A DNA stretch of 64,000 nt from Fimbriosthenelais zetlandica (lineage: Eukaryota): positions 20,522,001 to 20,586,000 of the forward strand of contig OZ365118.1 in assembly GCA_977030845.1 (NCBI GenBank). The letters run 5' to 3'. A program made the position numbers and the translations under genes. The notes beneath the pieces are model-generated. The model worked only from the letters and a program-made list of their open reading frames with translations, was not told where the DNA came from and searched no databases. How positions within the stretch are numbered: position 1 is the stretch's first letter; each line of letters opens with the position of its first letter. This document shows, piece after piece, positions 52,636-64,000 of this stretch.

Positions 52636-53611
52636 ATGCCCTTCTCTTTCTCTTTCTACTTCTCCCTATCACTTTGTCATTACCATCAGTTTGAATCTCT
52701 AATCTATCTCTTTCTTTCCTGCATTCTCAGATCCCGTTCTCTATCCCACTCTGTCCCTCCTCTCACCAAGATTGTCATGTTCTGTCTCTCTTCCCATCTC
52801 TCAACTTCTCCTTCTCCCCTTCTGTCTCTCTCTCTTCTCCCTTCCTGCATATCAAAGGTACCTTAGCTGGCAAAATACATGCTTCAACCTCAAATGTGTT
52901 CAAATAAACTTGTCAACTGACAAGGCCTGGAGGGTATTGGACACATATATAAATCCCACGCCAAGATGTATATGTGTCCCCCAACGCCACTCACATAGCT
53001 TAAGGTCTGAATATGACTTCTGTTACAGAGCGAGAGAGCGAGACAGACAGAAGACAGAGAGAGGAGATGGAGTGCGAGTGAGCTAGAGAGAGACAGTGAC
53101 AGAGAGATAGCGAGAGAGGGGAGGGAGGAGACAGCGATAGAATGACTGAGCCAGAGATGGTGAGCGAGAGAAAGAGAAAGAGAATATGTTTAGAAGGTAG
53201 AATGCATTATCACCCAAAACATCTATATATCAGAGCCCAGGGGTATACATTATATATAGGATGGATGGAGGGAGGAGAGGGGAAGCATGTTTTTGTCTTG
53301 ACTTCTATGTCTGTAGGTATTGTTCTCACTAGGAGAACACAGACTCCTTTTATGGAGTGATGAATGAACAACCGGAAATTGTCATTGAGAAAAGATGTCT
53401 CAGGTATTCTTGGAATCTCCTGATTTGAGATAAGTTTAAGTGGCAAAATACTTTCTTTTCAAAGGCCCCATTTGTGTTACTATAATTTATACATATCCCA
53501 TTTTGTTCAATCATATTAATCATTAAAGCTGCAATGATCTTCCCTCCATTGCCAATGGTTGAAGGGCAAGCAAAGGTAAGAGAGACAGAGAGAGAGCTAT
53601 ACATATGTACT

Positions 53612-53674
<63 letters not shown>

Positions 53675-54660
53675 TACCCACCCATCCCCCAGCCTCCCAT
53701 CCCTTCCAAAGAACCAGTAAGAGAAAAGTATATAAAAGCAGCAGCAGATGGTGAAGAGAATGGCTCAGCAGCAGCCAGCAAGAGTCACCAACAGCGGCCA
53801 AGAGCAGAAAGCAGAAACAAGTTCATTTGCTGGCAGTCTCCAAACGCAGCAATACCATAGGATCTTGGAGTGGGGGAAGCCACGCCCGGCAGTAGAAATA
53901 ATCAGCATAATCGGCCTGCCCATGACTTCTGTGGGCAAGAAGAGACAAGTAGAGACAGAGCATTGGGCGGTGCCCCATCTCTCAGGTGCATTTTGGTTGG
54001 TTGCTGATTTGCTTTGCCTTCTCGCCACAGTGCGGCGCTACCGTCTGTGGTGCCCCCAGACAGAAGATGAGGTTCCCTGGGTGGGGCACTTACAAGCAAA
54101 CTGGGTGCTTAAATACACCTTTAATAATGTACCCCTTTTGAAGGATTTTTATTCTCGTAAGAAGTACCCTTGATTTCTCTTTAATAAAGATGTTTTCTCG
54201 AGCATAAAGATGATCTTTTCTGACAAGAAGAATAGCAAGATTATCCCAAACAGAAGTGCATGAACTTGGTACATAACTATTGTTTCATGGCAAATGAATT
54301 TCCAGATATAAATTCAACCGTTTTATTAAGGCAAATGCTCTGAATACCCATATGTATCTTGATTATATAATACACCCTTATTTACATTTTTCAGGGTTTG
54401 AGCAAGAAGAAAACAGTACCTCTTCTTCCGGGATTGTACATTCTTGGAGGTTGGCACAAGAATAAACTCATTTCTCTTTGGGAATCGGAACAAACATGGC
54501 CGCCCAGGTTAGTTTTAAGTGCCCACACCAGGGGCACATCCCACCACAACCACGTGGTGTGTACACACACACGACCAACCCACACATACACACAGAGAAA
54601 GAGTGAGACTGTGAGAGTGTGAGTGAGAGAGAGGGAGAGAGAGAGAGAAAGAACACACAC
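52636..54660 (+). promoter_or_regulatory. Probable dac promoter-proximal region rich in GA/CT repeats, with a TATA-like box (TATATAAAAG 53729-53738) and a YY1/Pho-like site (AACATGGCCGCC 54493-54504)
   Basis: CT-rich tract ~52636-52850, GA-rich tract ~53030-53180, (AG)26, and CA/GA repeats ~54560-54660 lie directly upstream of the ATG-poor leader. The TSS position is inferred, not observed. Confidence 0.45.
53618..53670. repeat. (AG)26 microsatellite upstream of dac
   Basis: Uninterrupted AG run of 53 nt read directly. Confidence 0.97.
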
Positions 54661-55255
54661 ACGCACAAACAGACAGGCAAAGAACACGACCCACACATGC
54701 ATTCACCCAACCAGCAAACAGCAACACTGACAATTGGACTGTTGCTGAAGTGAAGTATACCAAGAGGGCAGTGAATGTGTGGAGGGACTTTTGTGTGGCT
54801 CTTGCTCTCTCAGAGACAACAAGACTCACAGAGAGAGACAAACTGTCATCGGGGAGGAGAATTAACTCACGACAATTGGAGAAACTCACCATCTCTGGAA
54901 AGTTGCTGCTGCATCGGCAAGAAAAATTATTTCAATTATTAAGAAAATTTCTGGACTTTTCATAAAGAATTTGTACTGGAGGGAGGCTGTGCTGGCAGTG
55001 CGGCTGATAGTTGTTTATAAGCAGATCTGACCCTTCATATCACAGCTTCCCATCACTTCTCATCATCAAAGGCTGGAGTTTTTTTGACCACCGAGCATTA
55101 GCAAAGCTTCATCAGCATTGGGGGACAATACTGCAGCGAGCTGGGACATCATTCTGAATCCCACCAGAGATACTGGAGGAAAACGTCTTATATAAAATAC
55201 CACAGAGGCAAATCATAGAAAAACGACTTGAATTATCTCAATTCAAAAACATCCT

Positions 55256-55297
55256 ATGGAAAGGGATCATACTGGCAAAGAGACGATATCTAACTGA
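55256..55297 (+). other. Candidate uORF 1 in dac leader (MERDHTGKETISN*, 13 aa)
   Basis: ATG 55256 to TGA 55295-55297; context cctATGg is identical to that of the main dac ATG. Translation is unproven. Confidence 0.4.
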
Positions 55298-55315
55298 GTT
55301 TCTGGAGTCAAATAC

Positions 55316-55348
55316 ATGGCTGCAGAACTGGGCATTCACTGCAATTAA
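55316..55348 (+). other. Candidate uORF 2 in dac leader (MAAELGIHCN*, 10 aa)
   Basis: ATG 55316 (+4 G) to TAA 55346-55348. Translation is unproven. Confidence 0.4.
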
Positions 55349-55548
55349 ATAAAGACAATTCAACTCAAACTTCGGTTTGAGTTTCTACAATTGTCATCAA
55401 TCACCAATATTTGGATTGACAATATATTAAAGGACACTTCCCAAGCCCAGGAGGAGTTCAATCACTCTTCCTGAATCATTCCTCCAGGACTTTAAGGTTT
55501 TAACATATCGTCCTCAGAGGACGAGTAGTGGCTGGCAGCCCCCCACCT

Positions 55549-56177
55549 ATGGACAGCTTGGAGTGTGGAGGACATCCTGCCCCCCACATCCACAAAGCAT
55601 CCCTGGATTTCTCCAAGTTCCACATGGAAGCTCTGGCCGCAGCTCAGGGTCCGCCTCAAGCTTCGCCTCCTCCCCCACCTCCACCTCCAGTACCCACGGC
55701 GTCCGGTCCCCCGGCCTCGGTCGTGGCCGCCGCCGCTGCTGCCGTCACCTCCACAATCTGCGTGCCCGGAGTTCCCCCTCCTCCTCCTATGCCCATAGCC
55801 TCCACCACTTGCAGTATGATCCCGCTCAAGTTCGAGAAACCCGTCTATTCCTCGCCCCCGCCGGCTTCCTCGAACCCGGAGAATAACACTTGTCGAATGA
55901 TCGACTACCGCGGCGCTAAGATCGCGGCGTTCAACGTGGACGGGAGGGAATTGGTGTGCCTGCCGCAGGCTTTTGATCTCTTTTTGAAGCATCTCGTCGG
56001 AGGCTTGCATACAGTGTATACCAAGCTGAAGAGACTGGATATCACACCGGTCGTCTGTAACGTGGAACAGGTGCGCATCCTGCGCGGCCTGGGCGCAATA
56101 CAGCCCGGTGTGAACCGATGTAAGCTTATCTCTCCAAAAGAGTTCGATATTCTCTATGATGATTGCACCAATTCCAG
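55549..56177 (+). CDS. dac: Dachshund homolog, probable first coding exon (N-terminal Pro/Ala-rich region plus DD1/DachBox-N, SKI/SNO/DAC domain at ~55885-56177); partial CDS, continues in exons outside the window
   Basis: Translation contains CRMIDYRGAKIAAFNVDGRELVCLPQAFDLFLKHLVGGLHTVYTKLKRLDITPVVCNVEQVRILRGLGAIQPGVNRCKLIS, the diagnostic Dachshund DD1 motif, preceded by KPVYSSPPP. First in-frame ATG is 55549 (MDSLECGG...); the track's GTG start at 55528 is a prokaryotic-style call. An in-frame TAA lies at 55501-55503. The exon ends at AG|GTAAGT (56177/56178), phase 2. Start codon choice is less certain than gene identity. Confidence 0.96.
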
Positions 56178-59100
56178 GTAAGTCTCAATCTGCCAGCCCG
56201 GCAGCCACTCACTCATTCCCAGGCATTGGGTTTCATAAAAACACATTGCTTGATTAACTTTCATCCCTACTCAAAAAGATTAAAATTGATAAAAGAAAAT
56301 TTTCCAAAAAACCATCAAATCAAGGGGCCACAACTTTCTAAGAATCATTGGAAATGTCTCCATTCTTTCACGACTTTATGCAATCAAATCTATTATGCAA
56401 CAGCATTAAAAAATAAATATTTGAATAAATATTGATTATTTGGTGAACATTTCAAGATATTCTAAGGATACTTGGTTAATCAAGCAATTGCTTATTCTGA
56501 ATCTTCATGTCTTTTCACCATTACCGTTTCTTCCATTGTTCTTGTCTCTTTTTGTATTTGGTGAAATCAATGGTAATGACATGATTTCATGTTGTAAACA
56601 CAGCAAAGGTCACCAGAACACAAAACAATCTCGTGTTAGGATCAAGAAAAGCAAAGGAACATTGAATCAGCCAGTCAATCGATACCAATTGGCCGCCAAT
56701 CAAAATGGGTACCAACACTCAAAGATTGCCATATTCAGTCGGGTATGAAATTCCTACTACTCCCCCCATGGCCTGGAGGTGAGTGAGAACCACCACCCCA
56801 TCCACCTGTTCCTCCAGTACACCTCTACTCCTCCACGGTTCAATTCACCTGGAGTATGAGGTATGAGGTGTATATATAACCCATATATACCCGGCATTCA
56901 GTATTTCTACCACTGTTCATATTTTGACACCAGAATACATATATCTACCCCCGACTCCAGGTGCAAGAGGCTGGAGGAAGGAATGAGCGGGGACCGGGCA
57001 GCCTGCATTATTGATACCTTATCGATAGAGCAGAATAAGACCCAGCCCAGGTGTACTTACAACATGTGTAGTGGTTAGCTTTTTACCCCAGTAGCCGTGA
57101 CACACTGGAGCATGCATGATTACATGAAACTGGTGATGTTTCATGCTTTCATTATACTACAAACAAATGAATTATCTTGGAATCCGACCAGATCTATCTC
57201 TCCCGCGCCCGGACGAGTGGGATTTGGAAGAAAACAATTGAATAATTGATGCTGGAGTTTTTTCTCTTCGCTACCTGAGTAGGTTTGGCGATGCATCTGT
57301 TTTATTGTAATACCAATAGCGCTTTTCACTTATTATGCAACGCATAGTGGTTTCATAAAACAGGTTGCTATAGGAAATGTTAAATGATCAGATCATATGA
57401 ACATCATTTTATATTCAGTGTTGATAGTGTTACCATTATACCATGGATCGTGCAAACTATCAATTTTATGCTTTCAAAATTGGTGATTTTCTGGAATATG
57501 ATAGGCCATAAAATCGATCAGAACATGAAACTATCAAATGAAATAAGAGATTTGAAATGCATGAATGCAATATGGCAAGTTGAACAGTCCGATTTAAATG
57601 TATATTTTAATAATTCAAGACGGTATCGATTGCTTGGTAACTGCTATCTTTCCATTCCCAAAATTTCATTTAAAAGTCATTGATCTGGATATTTCAACTT
57701 TGATATTTATGAAATCTGTCCTGGTTTTTAAAGCTCAGGGAGAGTCAGTGAGTGGGGTGGGTGTGAGGTGGAGGCTAGCCGCTGGGCCTGAAGCTTGATA
57801 ATTAAATCATGCTTGGTGTTTTACTCATGCCAAACTAGTAGGCGGCCCATCTGCCACTCATTCTACCTCTTACCGCGGCTTTAACCCTAAAAGAAGCTGG
57901 GATCAGGGAGCAAGGTAGACTTAGACGAGAGACGGGCCACATGAGAGACCTGGTGACGGCACGGGCAGCACCATCTCCCGTTAGTCCATTGTCTCCACGC
58001 CCGGTCTCCCAGCCCACTGCTCAGGGCCATTGGTACATATTTAAATGTCATCTTGCTGTACATATGCGAGGGGCAGGCCATCAGTGCTGTGGTCAAGCCC
58101 CTAAGGCGATAGGTGATGATGGTCAACCGCTGTCCCTTGACCAGTTAATATGTGAGTGACCAGTGACCACGCACCATCGCCCCACAAACCATTCTCCCTC
58201 TCCCCATCACCATTATAACATAGATGTGCTGCATGATAGCAGGCCTAGCTTTCCCCTTATCAGTGGGCACCAAATAACAGCAGAGCTTTTTATCGCATGG
58301 CAAATACCACACACTTGTCATTATCGTGGAAACGGCAATGGTAATAAGCTGGGGAATAGGGCGGGGAGTGGAAACACAACACAAAATACGGATAACTCGC
58401 CTTGTAATTGTTAATATCTCATCCCATGATTTTCTCTTCTGTTTGCTTTTCCCGCAAACACCAGGAGAACTTATCGGGGTCTGGCTATATAGATTATTAT
58501 ATATTGATACTCTGGGTGCTTGGATGCAGCAATTACGCCCATATCCACTTACATTTAAGTGCAAATGAATAAAAGCCGATAACAGACTTTATATGGAGTG
58601 ATTTCAAATGATTGAAATTGGATTCATTTCAAATGGATTATTAATCTTCAAAGAGTCGAGCGGCAATGGACTTTCTGAGATGAAGAATGGAATAAGGTTT
58701 ATGGGGGACAATGGGAAACGTGGAATTGAGAGATTGAAGAAATGTGTTAGGATGGGGAAAGGAAAAGTGACTTTTGCTGAAGTCGAGTTTTGGGAAGAGG
58801 GGAGGGGGAGAGGGGGAGAGCGTCTGGGAAGTGGCGCCGCGGCAGTTACATTGATACACCTGTCAATTTAAATTCCCCTTCCCCATCCCTCCTCCCCGGG
58901 TGGTGGGGGAATGTCCCCGTGCCCCCAGGGTACATCCCTCCTCCTCCCTCTACCATTCCCCCATCACGCAACAGGTAATGGACATAAAGATAAAAACTGT
59001 TAAGATAACACAGTTGTCGTCAAAGATAAAACCTGATGATTTAGTTACAATTGTTTGTACGATTTAGCATTATCTTTATCCTACATCCGCCATAGGGCCA

Positions 59101-62100
59101 TTTTAAAAGAAATCAGTACGGATATATATCACAGGAAAATAGCCGGTATCCACAATTAATCATTTCAAATTGATTCCAAGAATCATTATAGGAATCGTAG
59201 TTCCTGGTGTAATTAAACAATAATTCATTGACGTCATATTAAATCAATATTAGTTTTAACTTATCTTTTAAATCAAGAGACTTTCCTTTCAACGTATATT
59301 CATATAGATTTCCTTCCTGATAACGCAGTTATTTCTACATTTGAACAAATATATTGCATTAAATAAATGTTTATGGCTTAAGTTTCCTCAAGAAAATCTA
59401 TACTAATGTTCAGTGGAATAAACAACATGGAATTTGGACGCACTTTCCAATAATGAATATCAAACAAATTATCGATATTCATTATATGAAACATAGATGA
59501 AATCACAGAAATAAATGATTTAATTTTAATTGTATACTACAGTATATGATAGGGTGAGAATGAGCTAATTGTTTACCAGGATACAGAGTTAACTGGACAT
59601 GCTCTGCACGACCAGGTCCACCTGTGGTCACTCATAATGGACACGGCTTAACCAGAGGAAACTGACCAGTGGTCAGAAGTAGGGGCCTTGTTGTTTGTCG
59701 CGGAAATGGCTAATAGGCGCAGAGAACAGGAAATGCTGTTTTATCCTTTTAGCGTCCTCCCTCCCAATATTGTGTACAGTACCGGTGTGCTGTCAAAGGC
59801 TCCCCTCCCCCTCCCACCCACCCATCTCTGACCCCTTCCCGCTCATATTTGTCCATCACGAGAGCCATTTAAATGCATAGAATTTGTTCAGCTATTCCCT
59901 TTTACTTTGTGTTTGTCCAAAAGCGTTTATACAGTGGACAGGGACAGAGGGCGGTTAGAGTTAAACGCATGCTAGCAAATACCATCTATCTAATTCATTA
60001 TCTGTCCATAACAAAAAGTTTAAATGCGACTCAGTACATATGAATAATGTATGTTACAATTGTAGTGCACATTATCACTAATGTTAACATATATAAAACA
60101 CACCTTTAACTGGCAAATGATACAAGCTATACTTCACAGATAAGGAGATTGATTTTCAGGTGTGTCGCTCTCCACATGCCTACACAGGTGTAAAATCATT
60201 ACCAATCTTATTACACCTCCACCTTCCTATAAATATTTCCAGCCATATATCTGCCACAAAGATACCACAAATAATCATTACACAGTGAATAGGTCTCTTT
60301 TCCCCAGTACGCACTACTTTCTGCGTCATCACGAAAGATTACAAAAAAAAAATATTTCAAAAAAAAATATTTCAAAACCCACTCGAGAGGTCCCCCTGGT
60401 TGTAAAACAATTCATATCCTTTTGATCCTGCCAATATTAACAAGTAGTTATCTGTTGGAAAAAGATAAGCTCCCTTGTGAAAAAGCCCCATAACACGCAC
60501 CGGGCCCCCAGCCAATTTCTTTCATTTATTTGCAATCGGTTGATAAATCATCATTTGTCGGCGGAGGGATGAATTCTTGCATTGATTGTGATAATGCGGC
60601 CATTGTGACAGAAGCATGGCATGTTGGGCTGGGGCGCATGGGGCTGGGATGAGAAGGAAAATTTGAAGTAATTTAGAGAGTGAGAGAGCGGGGCAGATTG
60701 GACCTTTATGTTCTGGGTCTGAGATAGTTGGTTTGTTGGAGGGAATCCTTGTCATGCATGTGGATTTTTCACATGAACAATGGCGTCCATTCATTCTGGG
60801 TTAATGCCTTTTCCCCAATTGAATCCACTCTCTCTTTCTCTCTCGCATTTTTGGGACCAATCCTGAATGAGATGGGTCTGAAAATGTCATGGCAACATGC
60901 ACGTGGACTTTAGAAAAAGTGCAATGACCCCAGATATAGGCCATAATAAAACAATTTGTTTCCAGTAACCCACTCCCACACATTTCTTTAGAACTCATTC
61001 ATTATATCTTGAAAATCTAATAAATGGAAATAACTAAATTTCCCAGAAAAACTGCGATGTTGTAAGATCAAAGTACAAAGTGAATTTCATGCATTTTGTT
61101 GCTTGCACTTTTCATCAGAAGTGTTATAACTCAGTGGTTAACCGCAGACAATGAGATCAACTGATTTTAACAGGATCTTTAGCGAGGAACACATCATCAT
61201 TTACTATTTTTTCTGGCCTCACAGACAAGCAACAGACAGCAGCATGGGGCAGAATCAAAGGCGCGGATGGAGAAGAGCAATGAAATATTCAATTAGCAAA
61301 ATGGCATCGTGCGCCTCAAATTAAGTATGATTTGCGCTGCAATTACGGCGGAGAGACTCATGCTCTGTGGCTGGATGATAACGCTGAATCCGTCACGCCC
61401 AGGCCCTCCGCTCTCTCCTCACTCTCCCACCTACACCTCGCATGATTCTCTTCTCCCTGGCTTTTATTTGAACACATGTTTAAGCAATTTTCTCGCGCCC
61501 GCTCTCCCCCTTCATGCAGCAATTCTCCCCCAGTGAAGACCCACTCCTCCAATCCTCCTCTCATGATATTATCTCCATTCAACATGGCACTTGACAGACA
61601 TGCTATTTCCCCTTTGATGATTGTTTTCAAAACATTGTCTTTGTTCCTGAGGGGGTTGACAGGGAGTGGGGTGTTTCAATGGCAAGAGGCTTATGGGGGT
61701 GTGGGTGAAGAAGGGGGAGAGGGATTTGTTCTTATTTGTGCATATTATTTGCTTCTCTGATCGGACTGGGGTTCTGGGGAGGAGGAGGTTGTTTGGGGAG
61801 GGGTGTTGGTGGGGTTCAGCCACGTTTACCCATCGGATTTACAAGCCTTTGACACTTAGAAAATAATTCCTCAACGAGTAGACTGATGGTATTTGTACTG
61901 TCCGGCCAGGTTAGCCTAATGTATACATTTTCTGTGTGTGGTCACTGGGCAAGCGCCAGTCTGAAAACCAAATCAACCTCACGCAATATATCTAAGCTTT
62001 GTCTGACTACATCATTCAAACTTAACAATAATATTTAGAGATTTTTGTCCTTTTACGGTGCCGTACAAACGTACAAGCACAGACCAACTGTGGTACACCG

Positions 62101-64000
62101 TAATCTGACGGTGATCTAAAGAGTGAAAACAAAAGAGAGGAGGCGCCACCAAACAATATGAAGAGTATGTAATTTTTGTTTTACGCATGTACAGACACTT
62201 GATCTATACTTCTGATGATATATGTGAGTGGTTCTGTACTTGAGAGGACAAGAATTAAATATATCATTGGTTTTATCACACCTTATCTCACGACACATCC
62301 TTGGCCAAGAAAGTCGCCAGAGAGTTTATTGTTTTATTGAATTATATATTGTGAACTCTAGAGAAGATTACAGATTAAAATCGATAATGCCATGCATTTT
62401 TTTTGTCACAATACATCGACACTTTATGGAGGCCTGCACAATAAGCAAGAGGAACAAATAATATACTTGAACTTTGTATAAGTCATAAATATTATATTGG
62501 TGCATACGTCTTTCTCTTTAGAACTGATAGAGTTTCGTGGAATCTATACATGTATCTCTTATTGCGCAGACAGTGGAGTTTCAAAATCAACCTGGGGGCC
62601 GCTTCAGAATAAGCATTTCATAAATTCATAGATTTGCCATTGGTTAATGAAGCGTATTTGCATTATGCAACAGGTCTTGTTTTTCAAAGTAAAATATAAT
62701 GATGCTTCAAATGATGCTTCAGTAATGAAGACAGGTCTCGATTCACGAGTAGACGCTTCACTTCTTCTGACGTCATCTCACATTGGTTTACATCTGTCGT
62801 TTATATTTTAACATCAATAATTCTCAGGGATAACAAGTTTAACTCTTCATTATTGATTAGAACCGATCTATCAGAACTGAGAAAATGATTCAAAATTAAT
62901 GGCTGACTGTCTGGTGGTGTTGTAACTAACCACATGGGGGGTAAATAAAATAATATTTGGTAGAAAAACAGGACAGTTTTTATATTTTGATATTTTTTTA
63001 TATCTGCTCATACTTCATGCATCACTGCCTTTACCATGTCATGATTTATTGCATGCATAGATTATTCAAGTCTTTTCAATGCTGTTTCCAACATTTTAAG
63101 GGAAAATATTCTTGGGAAATTTGCATTTCAATGATTATGAAGTTCATACCCAGAATGTGCAGCAGACCTGCATTCCAATATATCAAACTGTCACACTTTA
63201 ATCAATAGCTGCAACAAACAGCCGTTGGGAGCCATATTGACATCCAAAACCCACAAAGAATTGAGGACTTTCATAAAGTGTTCCTGATCACAGTTGATAC
63301 TTTGGCTTGTGCATTGGTCCCTGAAATCAGTGAATTGATAGAACTTCTCATACACTGCCTCCCCAATCCCCTCAATTCAAAACCAGCAGGACTGAATCCC
63401 CGAGTCAGACCCATCTAAATCCAATCCTAGCCCCCGAAATGAAATCATCTTTAACCACGCGTCTCCCGGGCCTTCCTCCCGAGCCTTTCAGCCTGGAGGA
63501 CTCAGAGAAATGATGTCCGATGGATCAAAATCGGGCCAGATTGAATTCCTGGCCACAATGGTGGGCTCCTTGACGGCCAATATCAATGGCTGCCCGGTCC
63601 CGGATTGAAGGTTGGGGCTATTTGATACTCCTGATTCACTGCTGGCTTCAAGATGGCCAAAATCACATGAATAGAGCCAAAATGATTATGCAATATACAT
63701 AGTGGGAATTCAATGTAATGCTTCTAACAATTAAGACACAGAGAAAGGTGGGTGGGGGAGCGACAGAGGCGAGAGCAACAGACAGACAGATAGACAGACA
63801 GATAGACAGTATAAGTGAGACAGGCAGGGTATAGGGAGGAGCCACTGGCTGAGTCTATAATAATGACAGCACATTGAGCACATCATCAGTTGCTCCTTAT
63901 CAGCAGCAGCTGGCCTGGCCGTTACATGGAGCAGCTCTTATCTCAGCTATCACGCCACCAAATGTACCAACCCCAATAAGCATTAATTACCCAATGTCAA
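56178..64000 (+). other. dac: dac intron following the DD1 exon (>7.8 kb, runs off the window)
   Basis: Consensus donor CCAG|GTAAGT at 56178; unspliced reading stops at TAA 56179-56181. No sequence encoding the expected next residues (S/R-RPGRPPKR in Dach proteins) was seen up to 64000. Confidence 0.85.
63778..63809. repeat. (CAGA/TAGA)n compound tetranucleotide repeat
   Basis: GACAGACAGATAGACAGACAGATAGACAG read directly. Confidence 0.85.

Larger units (their letters stand above)
54500..55548 (+). other. Putative long 5' UTR / leader of dac
   Basis: Only 4 ATGs (54697, 54775, 55256, 55316) in ~1050 nt; in 54781-55548 I count 2 ATG versus 21 CAT, a + strand-specific depletion. Begins near CA/GA-rich repeats. 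The start boundary is approximate and an intron within it cannot be excluded. Confidence 0.55.

Noticed and set aside
55492-56010. 172-aa minus-strand ORF and other alternative-frame ORFs overlapping the dac exon
   Set aside because: Shadow ORFs of a GC-rich coding exon; Arg/Gly-rich low-complexity translation with no recognisable domain.
61393-61410. SRPGPP peptide resembling the start of dac exon 2 (SRPGRPPKR)
   Set aside because: Lacks the RPPKR residues and has no AG acceptor at the required phase-2 position; chance similarity.
713-63845. Remaining 60-150 aa ORFs in the supplied track
   Set aside because: Lengths and number are typical of random non-coding DNA, many use non-ATG starts, and none shows a recognisable domain.
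1-64000. Hammerhead ribozyme/retrozyme cores (CTGANGA...GAAA)
   Set aside because: The CTGANGA occurrences I inspected lacked a correctly spaced stem II and GAAA; an RNAMotif/Infernal scan would be needed to exclude them fully.
1-64000. SIX/Sine oculis sites (TGATAC/GGTATCA), expected from the retinal determination network
   Set aside because: Occurrences seen by eye do not exceed chance for a 6-mer and are not clustered.

Overview
Eukaryotic animal genomic DNA, most likely an invertebrate bilaterian; the species cannot be named from the sequence. The only recognisable protein-coding sequence is one exon of a dachshund (dac/DACH) gene on the + strand, 55549-56177. It encodes a Pro/Ala-rich N-terminus and the DD1 (SKI/SNO/DAC) domain, ends at a consensus AG|GTAAGT donor, and the intron runs past the window end. 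The ~55 kb upstream has no recognisable gene and reads as a regulatory gene desert: CpG-rich, motif-dense islands alternate with AT-rich spacers, micro/minisatellites, poly-G runs and at least two small inverted-repeat (MITE-like) elements. No rRNA, tRNA, CRISPR array, transposase or reverse transcriptase was recognised; the other ORFs in the track look like chance or low-complexity ORFs. I cannot demonstrate a new biological system. The best leads are: a CTCF/NRF1/NF-Y/BANP/ETS promoter-like module at 38.7-39.0 kb; a candidate hidden minus-strand first exon with promoter motifs at 3.1-3.6 kb; an array of 9-10 TGACAG (TALE-class) sites at 23.4 kb; a 72-nt near-perfect hairpin inside a MITE-like element at 19.7 kb; a Polycomb-response-element-like block at 21 kb; and a ~1 kb ATG-depleted dac leader with two uORFs. 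All motif counts were made by eye and need computational confirmation.
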